DNA of 64,000 nucleotides from a virus: the IMG/VR virus record IMGVR_UViG_3300012930_000001, positions 1 through 64,000 of that record. One strand, 5' to 3'. A program made the position numbers and the translations under genes. Below are positions 14,886-23,118 of this stretch, piece after piece (the first letter of the stretch is position 1; every line of letters begins with the position of its first letter). The notes below the pieces were generated by a model. The model did no database searches. It worked only from the letters and a program-made list of their open reading frames with translations, and was not told the DNA's origin.

Positions 14886-15293
14886 TTAAGCTTCGGCCTT
14901 GGCCGAGCGGTTTTCTCGCGGTGCTGCCTGAATTTCTCGAAAAAATAATATGCACGCACGCAAATTATAAAGCAGCCCTTTTCCGCCGTCTGACCCGTAC
15001 ATACCGGCCATCTTTCCGCCGTTGCGATAGTTGTACAGCGTTTGAGGATTGGTTTTAATTGGCGGTTTTTGCTCTGCGAGGGCCGCGATTAAAGTAGGTT
15101 GGTCTACCCACTTCATCTTTCCGTTGTCATCGTAGAGTTTCGACCGATTCTTTTCCACTTCACGCTTGATTATCCGGGCTACCCCGGCCCCTTCCTTTTC
15201 GCCGTTGATGATGCACAGCCTTTGAAAGTCTGCGTACCGGTCATAGTCGACAGGCTCGGGTAAGGTGAAACGGATTTCTTTTTGCTCATTCAT
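14886..15293 (-). CDS. First gene of leftward block; putative DNA-binding protein
   Basis: Track ORF 14886..15314 starts at TTG; first ATG is at 15293. HTH-like QPTLIAALAEQKPPIKTNPQTLYNYRNGG. The function is inferred from position only. Confidence 0.5.
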   Translation of the reverse strand: MNEQKEIRFTLPEPVDYDRYADFQRLCIINGEKEGAGVARIIKREVEKNRSKLYDDNGKMKWVDQPTLIAALAEQKPPIKTNPQTLYNYRNGGKMAGMYGSDGGKGLLYNLRACILFFREIQAAPRENRSAKAEA

Positions 15294-15393
15294 ATTTGGG
15301 TTCTGCCGTTGCAAAATCCACGCCGCGGATTATGTTATATTTTCCCGCGGTAAAAATCAATTAGAAAAAGCGTAACAATAAAACGGCGGTATT

Positions 15394-15409
15394 TTCCGCC
15401 ACGGCGGAA
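15394..15409. repeat. Palindrome TTCCGCCACGGCGGAA (intergenic, divergent control region)
   Basis: Read directly. Confidence 0.9.
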
Positions 15410-15426
15410 TACTCGAAACAGCGATA

Positions 15427-15448
15427 GAAGCGCGAAAATTCGCGCTTC
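15427..15448. promoter_or_regulatory. 22-bp perfect inverted repeat GAAGCGCGAA-AA-TTCGCGCTTC (operator or bidirectional hairpin)
   Basis: Read directly. Lies in the 300-nt divergent region between the leftward and rightward blocks. Confidence 0.5.
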
Positions 15449-15539
15449 CCTTTATAGTCTTCTTAACTCTTAGTTCTTAGATTTAAAATAACTCTTGTCG
15501 AGCAAAAATTTTCTTTACCGCCTATCTGATTTTATTGTC

Positions 15540-15568
15540 TTGACAACGAAATAAAATTATCGGAAACT
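15540..15568 (+). promoter_or_regulatory. Candidate rightward promoter TTGACA-N17-GAAACT
   Basis: TTTTATTGTCTTGACA shares the UP-like/-35 part of the P1-P3 family. The -10 is weak. Confidence 0.4.
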
Positions 15569-15615
15569 AAACCCCGTCGAGAAAAGATTCACAGCGTTCC
15601 CGACCAACGAAAAAT

Positions 15616-15930
15616 ATGAAAACAGTTTTACAGGTACAAGGGTTGCCTGATGGCAGCCCGACGCCGGTAGATGGCGAATACTTGAAATTTTTCGATTTTG
15701 AATTTGATAACGGCCGGGGCCGTGGTGAGTTCACCACCGACATAAACACAGCTTTACAGTTTGATGATATGGAGGCGGCCCTGGCATTTTACAAGACCCA
15801 ACCGAAATGCAAGCCGTTACGTTGGGATGGCAGGCCTAACAGACCACTGACCGCAACGAACGTGTTGTTCGAGCCAGTGAAGGAAAGTAATGGTCAAGAG
15901 ACTGAAAAAGATGGAGGTGACGAAGCGTAA
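15616..15930 (+). CDS. Hypothetical protein (104 aa)
   Basis: Track ORF; first gene of the rightward block. Confidence 0.6.
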   Translation: MKTVLQVQGLPDGSPTPVDGEYLKFFDFEFDNGRGRGEFTTDINTALQFDDMEAALAFYKTQPKCKPLRWDGRPNRPLTATNVLFEPVKESNGQETEKDGGDEA

Positions 15931-16087
15931 GCTGCACACGCATTGCCAAAGGCATCACGTGCGTTATTTGCTTTTTGGCTGTTTGCTGGTGGTTACTTCG
16001 TTCATCAGCGTTTATTTGGAAATGCACGGTCTTGGTACCGGGCTAGGAATCGGTGGTACGGTCATACTGGCACTTGCCGATTTGTAA
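15890..16087 (+). CDS. Small membrane protein (65 aa; start uncertain)
   Basis: Track ORF. TM segments LLFGCLLVVTSFISVYL and GLGIGGTVILALA. Confidence 0.4.
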   Translation: MVKRLKKMEVTKRKLHTHCQRHHVRYLLFGCLLVVTSFISVYLEMHGLGTGLGIGGTVILALADL

Positions 16088-16140
16088 AATGGAGCGAAAA
16101 TTATGCACGTCGAAAGTGATAACATTCGCCGCAAATGAAG

Positions 16141-16175
16141 GCCTGCTTATATCTACGGACATAGCAGGCTTTTTT
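16141..16175 (+). terminator. Rho-independent terminator
   Basis: GCCTGCT-15 nt-AGCAGGC followed by TTTTTT. Confidence 0.65.
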
Positions 16176-16191
16176 AATTAAAGGAAAAACT

Positions 16192-16854
16192 ATGAGCGAA
16201 ACTACTGACGAAAAACCTAAAAGCAATCTCAGCTACGCGGATATAAAGAAACGCCTGCGCGAGACAATCCCCGAGGACATGATAAGCCTCAAACCCACGG
16301 GCCGGGGCGAGGACGCCCGGAAAATCCGGTACGTGAATGTGACGGACGTAAAGGACATGCTCGACACGCGGGTAGGCTCTGAGCATTGGGACGCCACCTT
16401 TGTGTCTCAGATAGTCGCGGGCGATACATACATCTGCTGGGTCAAGATTCGTATTCACGCGTTCGACGGCATCTTTGACCAGGACGGCGTCGGTGACGAA
16501 AACTTTCCGGTCAAGGGGTATGGCTCGGTTGGTACGAACGCGTATGCTCAGGCGTTTCGCCGGGCTGCAGAGGGCCACGGCCTAGCCCGTGAACTATGGC
16601 GCGGGGAACTGTCCGAGGAACAACGCAATGCACCCAGCACCCCGGCGCAGATTGAGGCCTTGCACCAACAAATGACCCGGCTGAAACGTGAGGAAGAGGC
16701 CGCGGTGCGGTACTACACCAATAACCGGGTAGACCTGTTTGGCGAAATGACGCAAGAGGAGGCCAGTATTGCTATGACAAGCTTGGCGAAAATTAAAACA
16801 CCCGCGGCGCCTGAGGATGCGGCCCCGGCGAAAAAGAATGGAGGTAAAAAGTAA
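16192..16854 (+). CDS. Rad52/Sak-type single-strand annealing protein
   Basis: IRYVNVTDVKDMLDTRVG..HWD... and GYGSVGTNAYAQAFRRAAEGHGLARELW match the Rad52/22 family signature as I recall it. Confidence 0.65.
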   Translation: MSETTDEKPKSNLSYADIKKRLRETIPEDMISLKPTGRGEDARKIRYVNVTDVKDMLDTRVGSEHWDATFVSQIVAGDTYICWVKIRIHAFDGIFDQDGVGDENFPVKGYGSVGTNAYAQAFRRAAEGHGLARELWRGELSEEQRNAPSTPAQIEALHQQMTRLKREEEAAVRYYTNNRVDLFGEMTQEEASIAMTSLAKIKTPAAPEDAAPAKKNGGKK

Positions 16855-17198
16855 TGGCAGCTATTCACACAACCCCGTCGATGCTGGCGGGTAAGAGCGT
16901 AAAAATCAAACGTCACATCAGCATCATGGGCGGCCGATTTTTCCACGTGTTCGATTGGTACGACCGTCACGCCGAGCGCGGCTGGCGGGCCTACACCCGG
17001 TTCGACGCGCCTGACGAAGTGTCGGCCTACGCTATCCGGGCTGGTGCAAAGAGCCTACCGATGGATGATGAAGTATTGATAGGCGATATTGTGCTGGAAG
17101 GGAACGTAAAACAGCGGACCTTGATTCACATGAACGAAATAGAGATAGACGGCGAAAAGGCAGACGAGCCCGAAAAGTCTATGAAAGCCGCGGCGTAA
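16854..17198 (+). CDS. Hypothetical protein (114 aa)
   Basis: Track ORF with a TAATG junction to the annealase gene. Confidence 0.6.
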   Translation: MAAIHTTPSMLAGKSVKIKRHISIMGGRFFHVFDWYDRHAERGWRAYTRFDAPDEVSAYAIRAGAKSLPMDDEVLIGDIVLEGNVKQRTLIHMNEIEIDGEKADEPEKSMKAAA

Positions 17199-17292
17199 CT
17201 CACGACGCGCCACGGCGGGCGGGCGGTTTCGATTCGCTCCGGGGCCGCCCACTTATATAGCATACTGGGCTATCTCGAATTTATAGAACACC

Positions 17293-17511
17293 ATGAAATG
17301 CGGAAATTGCAAGGTTGATTACCCCGAGGAAATTCTTAATTACCTAGACCTGAACGGTAAATTGGTTCGCGACTGCTGCGGCATCTGCGCCCTGGAATTA
17401 TCAAACAAACTACACGGATTCGACCGCAAACAATTCACCGGCGAAATGGCCGAGCGGTTTAGAATGCAGGCGATAGAACACCGGCGTATCACCGGACAGG
17501 AACCACTATGA
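17293..17511 (+). CDS. Zinc-ribbon protein (72 aa)
   Basis: CGNC...CCGIC. Confidence 0.6.
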   Translation: MKCGNCKVDYPEEILNYLDLNGKLVRDCCGICALELSNKLHGFDRKQFTGEMAERFRMQAIEHRRITGQEPL

Positions 17512-18107
17512 CCGTCAAACACTTTTTCTTTGACCTCGAAACAACCGGCGTCAACATTGAAAAATCCGGCATCGTGCAGATAGCCGGAATAGTCGATGTG
17601 AACAGCCGGGCCGTCGAAGGGTTTTCTTTCCGGGTACAACCCAAGCCGGGTGCGGTTATCGAGCAAGAAGCCTTGGACGTTATCGGTGCGACCGCTGAGG
17701 AAATAGCCGCCTACCCCACAATGGCCAGTGTGTTTATCGCGGTGCGGGAAAAACTCAAACGGTACTGTAACCCGTACAACAAAAAAGATAAATTCCATCT
17801 GACCGGGTTTAACAACGCCCAGTTCGATAACCAGCTTTTGCGCCGGTGGTGGGCGGATAACAACGATAGTTATTTTGGCAGTTTCTTTTGGTCGAATCCG
17901 GTTGATGTGATGACGCTGGCCGGTGTGTTTCTGCAAGACGAGCGGGCCGAAATGCCTAACTTCAAATTGCGGGCCGTGGCCGAGGCGTTGGGTTTGGAAA
18001 TGGACGCCACGAAATTACATGACGCCCTCTACGATGTGCAGTTGACACGGGCCGCGTACTACCGCTGCATGGGTGCGATGTTGAACCGGCCCACGTTATT
18101 TAATTAG
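17508..18107 (+). CDS. DEDD-family 3'-5' exonuclease (DnaQ-like)
   Basis: Exo I FFFDLETTG, Exo II GFNNAQFDNQLL, Exo III HDALYDV. Confidence 0.85.
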   Translation: MTVKHFFFDLETTGVNIEKSGIVQIAGIVDVNSRAVEGFSFRVQPKPGAVIEQEALDVIGATAEEIAAYPTMASVFIAVREKLKRYCNPYNKKDKFHLTGFNNAQFDNQLLRRWWADNNDSYFGSFFWSNPVDVMTLAGVFLQDERAEMPNFKLRAVAEALGLEMDATKLHDALYDVQLTRAAYYRCMGAMLNRPTLFN

Positions 18108-18324
18108 ACGTTGACCCGGCGCCGGATTCGGCCGCCACTACTTCACCGATAGCCGCGGGCTCCGCGGGTGCGGCCTCGTGTTCGGGCCGGGTGGCCAGTT
18201 CCTTTTTATGCGAATCTATTTCCGTTTCAAGGGCCGCGGCTTGGTCAAGGTGGCTTTTGCGGTCGGCGGAAAGAAAGTCGATTCGGTTGGTTAATTCGTC
18301 TTTTGTGTAGTCAGATAGTGCCAT
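18100..18324 (-). CDS. Hypothetical acidic coiled-coil protein (74 aa), lone antisense-oriented gene
   Basis: Track ORF. There is no good SD. An extended -10 (TGGTATATT, 18396..18388 on the minus strand) lies upstream. Confidence 0.35.
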   Translation of the reverse strand: MALSDYTKDELTNRIDFLSADRKSHLDQAAALETEIDSHKKELATRPEHEAAPAEPAAIGEVVAAESGAGSTSN

Positions 18325-18425
18325 AATGGTGTTTTTTTCATCCTCCGTAAAAAATATTTACCCGAGTACTGGTATTGTCAGGCTCTCAATATACCACATT
18401 TTCCCGGTTTATGCGTTTTATTTTG

Positions 18426-18454
18426 TTGACAGATTAATAAACATTTGAGATATT
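18426..18454 (+). promoter_or_regulatory. Sigma70-type promoter P2: TTGACA-N17-GATATT
   Basis: TTTTATTTTGTTGACAGATTAATAAACATTTGAGATATT. Confidence 0.6.
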
Positions 18455-18527
18455 TACTGTGCAGGCAGTCTTGGTCGGGACACCGGGGCTGCTGAACAAA
18501 AATCAAAAATTAGGAGCGATAGCAAAT

Positions 18528-19667
18528 ATGTCACACGATTTAATCAAAAATTCTTTCACCGGTAAGTACGAGATAATGACCCGAGGCACAGCCTGGCACG
18601 GTCTTGGTCAAGTGGTCGAAGACGCCCAAACGTGGGGAGAGACAATGGAAAAGGCCGGGCTCAATTGGACAGTTTCCAAACATCAGCAAAAGTCGGTTCT
18701 CACCGGCGAACTCATTGACAGTTACGATATATACCGCGATGATACCAAGGGCTTTTTGGGCAACGTCGGTGCGGATTACAACCCCATCCAGAACATCGAG
18801 CAGTTCAAATTCGTGGATGAACTTTTGGAGCGTGAGAACGGCGCACACTACGAGGCAGCCGGGGCACTCGGCGGCGGCCAGCGGGTATTCGCTTTGGCCA
18901 ACCTGTCGGACGCGTTCGAAGTGGTCGACGGCGACCGTCACGAAAACTACCTTCTCTTTTCCAACAGCCACAACGGTAGTCAGGCAGCCCGCGTTTTTCT
19001 CACCTCGGTCCGCGTAGTTTGTGCAAACACTCTGCGGGCTGCCTTGTCCGAATCTTCGAGCCGGGCCGGTAAGGCACGAAAGAACGGCGTCGATTCTGAC
19101 ATCATCAAAATTCGTCACACCAAATCCGCACAGGCCCGCCTCGGTGCTGCCAAAAATATCATCATGACGGCCCACGACAGCGTCAAGAGCCTCCGCGAGA
19201 AAATGCAGATATTGGCCGGTAAGCAAATGACGAAAGCCAACTACGAGGCAATCGTCAACCGGCTGTTTCCCATAAAGGTCAAGGATGGCCAAGACGCCCC
19301 GGCTGCCGCCTCTGTCACACGCCGCGACAACGTCCTGACGGAAATTCTCAACCTGTACGAAGGCAACGACAACAACGCGTTCCCGGAAATTCGCGGTACT
19401 GCCTACAATTACCTGAATGCCATCACCGAGTATGTTGACCACTATCGCCCGGTAGTCATGACGGATGCGAAAGCTGGCTGGACGGTCGAGCAGGTTCGAG
19501 CAAACAACGCCCTGTTCAACGGCGGCGCGGAATTGAAAGAGTCGGCCCTCGATATCATTCTAGCTGAGACAATGAACAACCCGAGCGTATCCCGGTCAAC
19601 GAAGTACGCTGCGGGCCGCGATACAAACGGGGCCGCCGTCCTCAACGATATCCTGTCCAAAAACTAG
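18528..19667 (+). CDS. DUF932 (phage/plasmid-like TIGR03299-type) protein
   Basis: Track ORF 18459..19667 starts at GTG inside the promoter. ATG 18528 is preceded by TAGGAG. TRGTAWHGLG..., GGGQRVFALANL, FSNSHNGSQAARVFLTSVRVVCANTL. Confidence 0.8.
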   Translation: MSHDLIKNSFTGKYEIMTRGTAWHGLGQVVEDAQTWGETMEKAGLNWTVSKHQQKSVLTGELIDSYDIYRDDTKGFLGNVGADYNPIQNIEQFKFVDELLERENGAHYEAAGALGGGQRVFALANLSDAFEVVDGDRHENYLLFSNSHNGSQAARVFLTSVRVVCANTLRAALSESSSRAGKARKNGVDSDIIKIRHTKSAQARLGAAKNIIMTAHDSVKSLREKMQILAGKQMTKANYEAIVNRLFPIKVKDGQDAPAAASVTRRDNVLTEILNLYEGNDNNAFPEIRGTAYNYLNAITEYVDHYRPVVMTDAKAGWTVEQVRANNALFNGGAELKESALDIILAETMNNPSVSRSTKYAAGRDTNGAAVLNDILSKN

Positions 19668-19688
19668 GCTCGGATTACCCGGAAAGCT

Positions 19689-19715
19689 GGGGTGGTTCGC
19701 CACCCCTTTCTTTCC
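19689..19715 (+). terminator. Rho-independent terminator
   Basis: GGGGTGG-TTCG-CCACCCC followed by TTTCTTTCC. Confidence 0.8.
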
Positions 19716-19731
19716 TGTGTCGGAGGATGAA

Positions 19732-20967
19732 ATGAAAATCAACAAAGACGATATTTTAGGAAGGGGCGGTTTTATTGCAGACCGGCGAAAACTCGACCCG
19801 TCGCTGGATATGAGCTATATCCAGTACGACATCAACCTAAACTTTTACGGATGGGAAAAAGGCAAGACCAACCTCAAATTTGCGATGCGAGAGTTACGCG
19901 ATTCGGCCCCGAGGTCTTACGCCGCGTTTTTCCCACGTATCTATCGCAACGTCGAAGATTACGAGTGGCGCTGGGCTAACTACACCAGTGCGATGCACGT
20001 AGTTTCCGCCCAGGTGGACAAACAGTACACAGAGGACTACGACGCCCAGCGTAACGCGGTGATGTTCGCCGGGCTCTGGCAGTATACAGGCCTCAATCAA
20101 TTCTTTGTCAGCCGACCGCTATACGATGCGGTGAGCCACACCACACCACCCTCGGACATGGACTTTGACGACTTCAAAATGCCCCACGATGCTCTCATGT
20201 TTCAACTACCCTCGGGTGTGATGAAATTCCGGGATAGCGATTGTACGCATATAGGGGTGGCCCGTTTCGAGACCGGGCAATACACCATACCCGGAAAGAT
20301 TACCGAAATAAAGGTGAACGCAAACCGGGCGAAATTTATCTTCACGACAGCCATTAAAGACCAGTCGATGTTTTTCGCGGTCGGGGCTGATTCACTGGCG
20401 TTGAAAAAAATGCTCGAAGGCGGTGTTGACATATTGGCCTACACAAACGAACTATCAGGCTCACGCACTCAGCCGGTTGGAGAGATTACCCCGGATATCG
20501 TTATGGTGCACGATATGATTCGCATCGCCTTGAATCTCGTGCTGGCAATGGAGATTGAGCCTCAGCTTGTAGAACGCGGGCGGAAAATCACGCTATCGAA
20601 AAAAGACAGGCATCAAGAAATTTGGGAACCGAATTTCGTAGGCAAGAAATACCGCACCGTTTACACCGGTGGAGTTGAGCCCGGTACACATTCGTCACCC
20701 CGTATGCATTGGCGAGTGGGGCATTTCCGCAAGCAAGGCTTTGGCGTTCGAACGGCCGGGACCTGCGAATGCACCCACGATAAGAATATTCATTTCGTTG
20801 ACAAGATAACGCCGCGGGTACATATGGCCACGGAAAACTTTTGCATGCACCACGGCTGCCCGTGCTTCAACTACACACCCACCAAATCAGAGTTTGAGAG
20901 TTACAAAAAAATATGGATTCACCCGGTACTGGTGAACGCAAAACCAAAGGAAGGAGCGAAAAAATGA
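19732..20967 (+). CDS. Hypothetical protein (411 aa) with C-terminal Cys/His cluster
   Basis: ATG 19732 is preceded by GGAGGA. C-terminus PRMHWRVGHFRKQ...GTCECTHD...CMHHGCPC. Confidence 0.75.
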   Translation: MKINKDDILGRGGFIADRRKLDPSLDMSYIQYDINLNFYGWEKGKTNLKFAMRELRDSAPRSYAAFFPRIYRNVEDYEWRWANYTSAMHVVSAQVDKQYTEDYDAQRNAVMFAGLWQYTGLNQFFVSRPLYDAVSHTTPPSDMDFDDFKMPHDALMFQLPSGVMKFRDSDCTHIGVARFETGQYTIPGKITEIKVNANRAKFIFTTAIKDQSMFFAVGADSLALKKMLEGGVDILAYTNELSGSRTQPVGEITPDIVMVHDMIRIALNLVLAMEIEPQLVERGRKITLSKKDRHQEIWEPNFVGKKYRTVYTGGVEPGTHSSPRMHWRVGHFRKQGFGVRTAGTCECTHDKNIHFVDKITPRVHMATENFCMHHGCPCFNYTPTKSEFESYKKIWIHPVLVNAKPKEGAKK

Positions 20968-22058
20968 CGGAGCGAAACATGAAAATCAACTTACCCGAGG
21001 GCGACCCTTACTCGCCATTGTTAGAAAACTTTTTCTTTCAGCAGTTCCCGGTGGCCTCATTGACCAAAACGGAAACGGTGCTGGATGCGGTCGTGAATGA
21101 ACTGATTGGAACCGGCCAGTATAGACACGGCCCGCGGCCTAACCCGGAGAGCCTTGTAGCGATTCGAGAGGTAGCCCGTTGGCATATATCAAAAGACCAG
21201 CCCATCCCGCTGCTCATTCCTTTCGGTGGAATGAAAACCGACCGGTTCAATTCCGTGGATATAGCCGAGCTAGCCACGCTGAAAACCCTGAACTGCGTGA
21301 ACCGCGGCGTGATGCAATATTACCCACCCGGCCTGCAAGCGAATATCAGAATCGAGGACGTAGGTGCGAAATATCTTTTCCGCGAAATGTCAGCGGACTA
21401 CAGTATCGACGTGTACTCCGAGGACTTCGCCAAACTGATACGGATAGTGAGTGGCGACTGGGTAAAGCCGGTGAAGGAAAGCGATATGTTCACCTACTCG
21501 GAATATGCTGACACCTCTGACTCTTTGGTGCCGGATTTTCGTGAGTACGTTCTGCAGACCGACCTCTACGGTTTTTCGGATGAGCGGCAAGCGGAGTTTG
21601 AACAACGGACGGGCTGGCGGGGTGAGATACCGATACCCCAGCGTGACTACTACCGGGGCCGGTACGCCCGGCTGTATCCGGGTCAGACGGCGGACTACTA
21701 CACAAATCTGCTGGCAGAATATTTCGCCGGTGCCCTTGCCCGGTACACACTCGGAGCCCGCGGCGATGACCCGAATTGGAGCGGAAAATTTCTGGACCTC
21801 CGTTTTGTTCCAAACGTGCCCGGCGCGCCCGCTGCTCTTGTCTCGCGTGTATTGTCCTACCGGGCTATTCCGCAAAAGTACACTCGCGACCACGTGACGC
21901 CTTGGCGCGGCAAGGGCTATCTAAGAGTTCACGGCAATACAGCAACCCCGGCGATAACAAGCTGGAAAGACGAGCGGGTTTACAACCCGTACAAGGTGAT
22001 TTTCTCGAATGAGAATGCATCGGTGAGCGTCCAAGCCGACTACGTGGTGATGGACTGA
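20964..22058 (+). CDS. DIT1/PvcA-family-like enzyme (tentative)
   Basis: ATG 20964 forms an ATGA overlap and is preceded by GGAG. The core PIPLLIPFGGMKTDRFNSVDIAELATLKTLNCVNRGVMQYYPPGLQANIRIEDVGAKYLF parallels the remembered family pattern LPaFPaKS.N...PD.AE..AL..L......Y.PGa...I.SDG.VF. Confidence 0.45.
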   Translation: MTERNMKINLPEGDPYSPLLENFFFQQFPVASLTKTETVLDAVVNELIGTGQYRHGPRPNPESLVAIREVARWHISKDQPIPLLIPFGGMKTDRFNSVDIAELATLKTLNCVNRGVMQYYPPGLQANIRIEDVGAKYLFREMSADYSIDVYSEDFAKLIRIVSGDWVKPVKESDMFTYSEYADTSDSLVPDFREYVLQTDLYGFSDERQAEFEQRTGWRGEIPIPQRDYYRGRYARLYPGQTADYYTNLLAEYFAGALARYTLGARGDDPNWSGKFLDLRFVPNVPGAPAALVSRVLSYRAIPQKYTRDHVTPWRGKGYLRVHGNTATPAITSWKDERVYNPYKVIFSNENASVSVQADYVVMD

Positions 22059-22065
22059 GGTGGAT

Positions 22066-22302
22066 ATGATTACGAAACAAGCATACGAAAGATTCAAAGC
22101 GGAAATAATAGACCTCGAAAAGAGGGCCTCAAAAATTCGGTCACAATTCAGCGAGGCGGTTGTGCAGGCTTCGCCGTTGCCATCGGCCCGCGTGATGTTC
22201 ACGAAAAAGGAACTTGCATTCGAGCGAACAATGATGCGGGCTACCGCGGCGTTCGGTGATGGTCTTTCCGCCCTGGCGGAAATTGAGCGGAGGCCGGAAT
22301 GA
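22066..22302 (+). CDS. Hypothetical coiled-coil protein (78 aa)
   Basis: ATG 22066 is preceded by GAGGTGG. Confidence 0.55.
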   Translation: MITKQAYERFKAEIIDLEKRASKIRSQFSEAVVQASPLPSARVMFTKKELAFERTMMRATAAFGDGLSALAEIERRPE

Positions 22303-22817
22303 AAATCAAACCCCGTCCCGAGGTCGGTATCCCGTGCGCGACCTGTCCGTTTCTCAAGGTGAATTTCGGAAAGCCAAACCCGCCCGGCTTTGAGACAGCC
22401 ACGGCTGAGCATCTTGAGGACTGGTATTCGCCGGAAAATGCCCGGCGTTTGTGGAAAGGTCTTGAGACTGAGAACTGGCTGATGTGCCACAGTAGCGACC
22501 CTGAGGCGTCGACATACGGCGGAGCGAAACACTCGCCCGGAAAAGAACGGCTATGCGTTGGCGAATTAACGGCCCTCATGAAGCACCTGAAACGCATAGA
22601 AGCCCTTGTCACGCAAGACCCTACCGGGTGGTACCGCAAGTACAAGAAAGAGGCTGGGCGGGCTGCATTTCGCAAAGCTACCGCCCTCCGGCTGGTAATG
22701 ACAATAGCGATGGGCCGGACTCAGCTATTCGGCGGGTTGCCGTTCCCGAAAACGGTGGACACTAAAACGATAGCCGAGGTCGGAGTGCCTTGGGAGGATG
22801 TGATAGCAAATGGCTAA
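22299..22817 (+). CDS. CxTCPF-motif Cys/His protein (DUF6283-like, tentative); paralogue of 6849..7235
   Basis: IPCATCPF... and MCHSS...ERLCVGEL. Confidence 0.6.
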   Translation: MKIKPRPEVGIPCATCPFLKVNFGKPNPPGFETATAEHLEDWYSPENARRLWKGLETENWLMCHSSDPEASTYGGAKHSPGKERLCVGELTALMKHLKRIEALVTQDPTGWYRKYKKEAGRAAFRKATALRLVMTIAMGRTQLFGGLPFPKTVDTKTIAEVGVPWEDVIANG

Positions 22818-23118
22818 TCAGGAAATTGAGCTATTAAACACCGGCGTGTTTGAAGACACGGACGGCAACCTGTACCGGAAACTGGAAAACGGCGAAGCCA
22901 TTTTCTTTGTCCCGCAAATTTACAATTGGTTACTAGCCATCGGCCCACTACATTCTGACACGTACCGCGATTCTTGGGAGTACACAGTACGAGAGCCTGC
23001 GATAGCGGCGTTCGTAGATTGGAATGGAGAGGGTGAGCCGGAGGGTTGGTATCGACACCCGAGTAGCGGGCGCAGACGGCCGGACGGTGACCCGGCTAAG
23101 GAGTTCATACGGAAATGA
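22810..23118 (+). CDS. Hypothetical protein (102 aa)
   Basis: Track ORF. Confidence 0.6.
   Translation: MANQEIELLNTGVFEDTDGNLYRKLENGEAIFFVPQIYNWLLAIGPLHSDTYRDSWEYTVREPAIAAFVDWNGEGEPEGWYRHPSSGRRRPDGDPAKEFIRK

Noticed and set aside
16174-16578. 134-aa minus-strand ORF, plus the 198-aa ORF 17340..17936
   Set aside because: Both are antisense to the Rad52-like and exonuclease genes, which carry clear family motifs.
18540-19442. 300-aa ORF on the minus strand
   Set aside because: It is entirely antisense to the well-supported DUF932 gene. Its composition is Val/Gly/Arg-rich, typical of the antisense frame of a coding region, and it has no SD.
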